Shown: in pieces, positions 63,570-64,000 of the stretch
Numbering within the stretch: position 1 is the first letter of the stretch
Layout: the number at the start of each line of letters is the position of its first letter
DNA from: Escherichia phage Ec_Makalu_001
Reading direction: 5' to 3' (one strand)
Length of the DNA: 64,000 nt
Sequence record: MN894885.1
Notes under the pieces: model-generated
Databases searched by the model: none
The model's input: the letters and a program-made list of their open reading frames with translations, nothing else
Told to the model about the DNA's origin: nothing
Made by a program: the position numbers and the translations under genes

Positions 63570-63965
63570 TTACTTACTAAATTTCTTTTTGGCTTCGTCT
63601 ACTGCATGAGATGCTAGTACCGCTGCCGCATGTGCACTTTTATCTGTGTTACAGAGAACACCCAGATAAACATCACGCCAAAGTTTAATCATCTCGTAGA
63701 TCATATCAATATCATTTTCTTGTTTGTTGGCGATGCTATTCGTCGTTATCTGGTAAGGCAACGGCTTGATCTGTACTGGTTCCGCCATCGGGCTAATCGG
63801 TTTCGGATCGGTCATAATAGGTGCTGTTGTCGGTGATGTTTTCCATACGCCATTATCCCACGGTTTAATCGTTGTATCGTACAGTTTATAAGGATTTTTG
63901 TCTGGATTAACCATCCATGCATGATGATTACCCAAACCATTTGCAGTGATGCGTCGTTCAGTCAT
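63570..63965 (-). CDS. Hypothetical protein (131 aa)
   Basis: ORF with GAGGAAATAAATT-ATG context. Confidence 0.45.
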   Translation of the reverse strand: MTERRITANGLGNHHAWMVNPDKNPYKLYDTTIKPWDNGVWKTSPTTAPIMTDPKPISPMAEPVQIKPLPYQITTNSIANKQENDIDMIYEMIKLWRDVYLGVLCNTDKSAHAAAVLASHAVDEAKKKFSK

Positions 63966-64000
63966 AATTTATTTCCTCTCTGATAATTCTTTCATCAAGC

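Overview
This window reads as a contiguous piece of a T4-like (Tevenvirinae-type) myovirus genome. Calls rest on remembered T4 protein sequences, motifs and gene order; no database search was possible. A conserved core backbone is recognisable: capsid vertex gp24, Hoc, UvsW, UvsY, baseplate hub/wedge genes 25-26-51-27-28-29-48-54, Alt ADP-ribosyltransferase, DNA ligase gp30, gp31, dCMP deaminase, PseT, a spanin-like pair, RnlA, DenA, NrdB, NrdA, Td, Frd, gp32, gp59, gp33, DsbA, RNase H, long tail fibre genes 34-35-36-37 and holin t. Between these blocks lie hyperplastic regions (about 18.9-27.2 kb, 34.1-35.4 kb, 42.4-44.4 kb, 59.1-64.0 kb) packed with small minus-strand genes, most preceded by a repeated ~60 bp cassette: a sigma70-like promoter containing a GC-rich palindrome, then a conserved leader and a near-identical Shine-Dalgarno (GGAGAATCAA). 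These resemble the PeSL (promoter-early stem-loop) cassettes described for RB49-like T4-type phages. The most interesting candidates are: a five-gene coupled operon with a DUF262/ParB-like protein, a zinc-ribbon protein and a C5-cytosine-methyltransferase-like protein; a tandem array of six diverged paralogues sharing an HxHW...AVDV motif; a CYTH-domain protein inserted between dsbA and rnh; a thymidylate synthase with a ~115 aa insertion; a four-repeat zinc-ribbon protein between frd and 32; and a gp37 distal tail fibre with a C-terminal intramolecular-chaperone-like module and no gp38. No rRNA, tRNA, CRISPR array, integrase or transposase was found.
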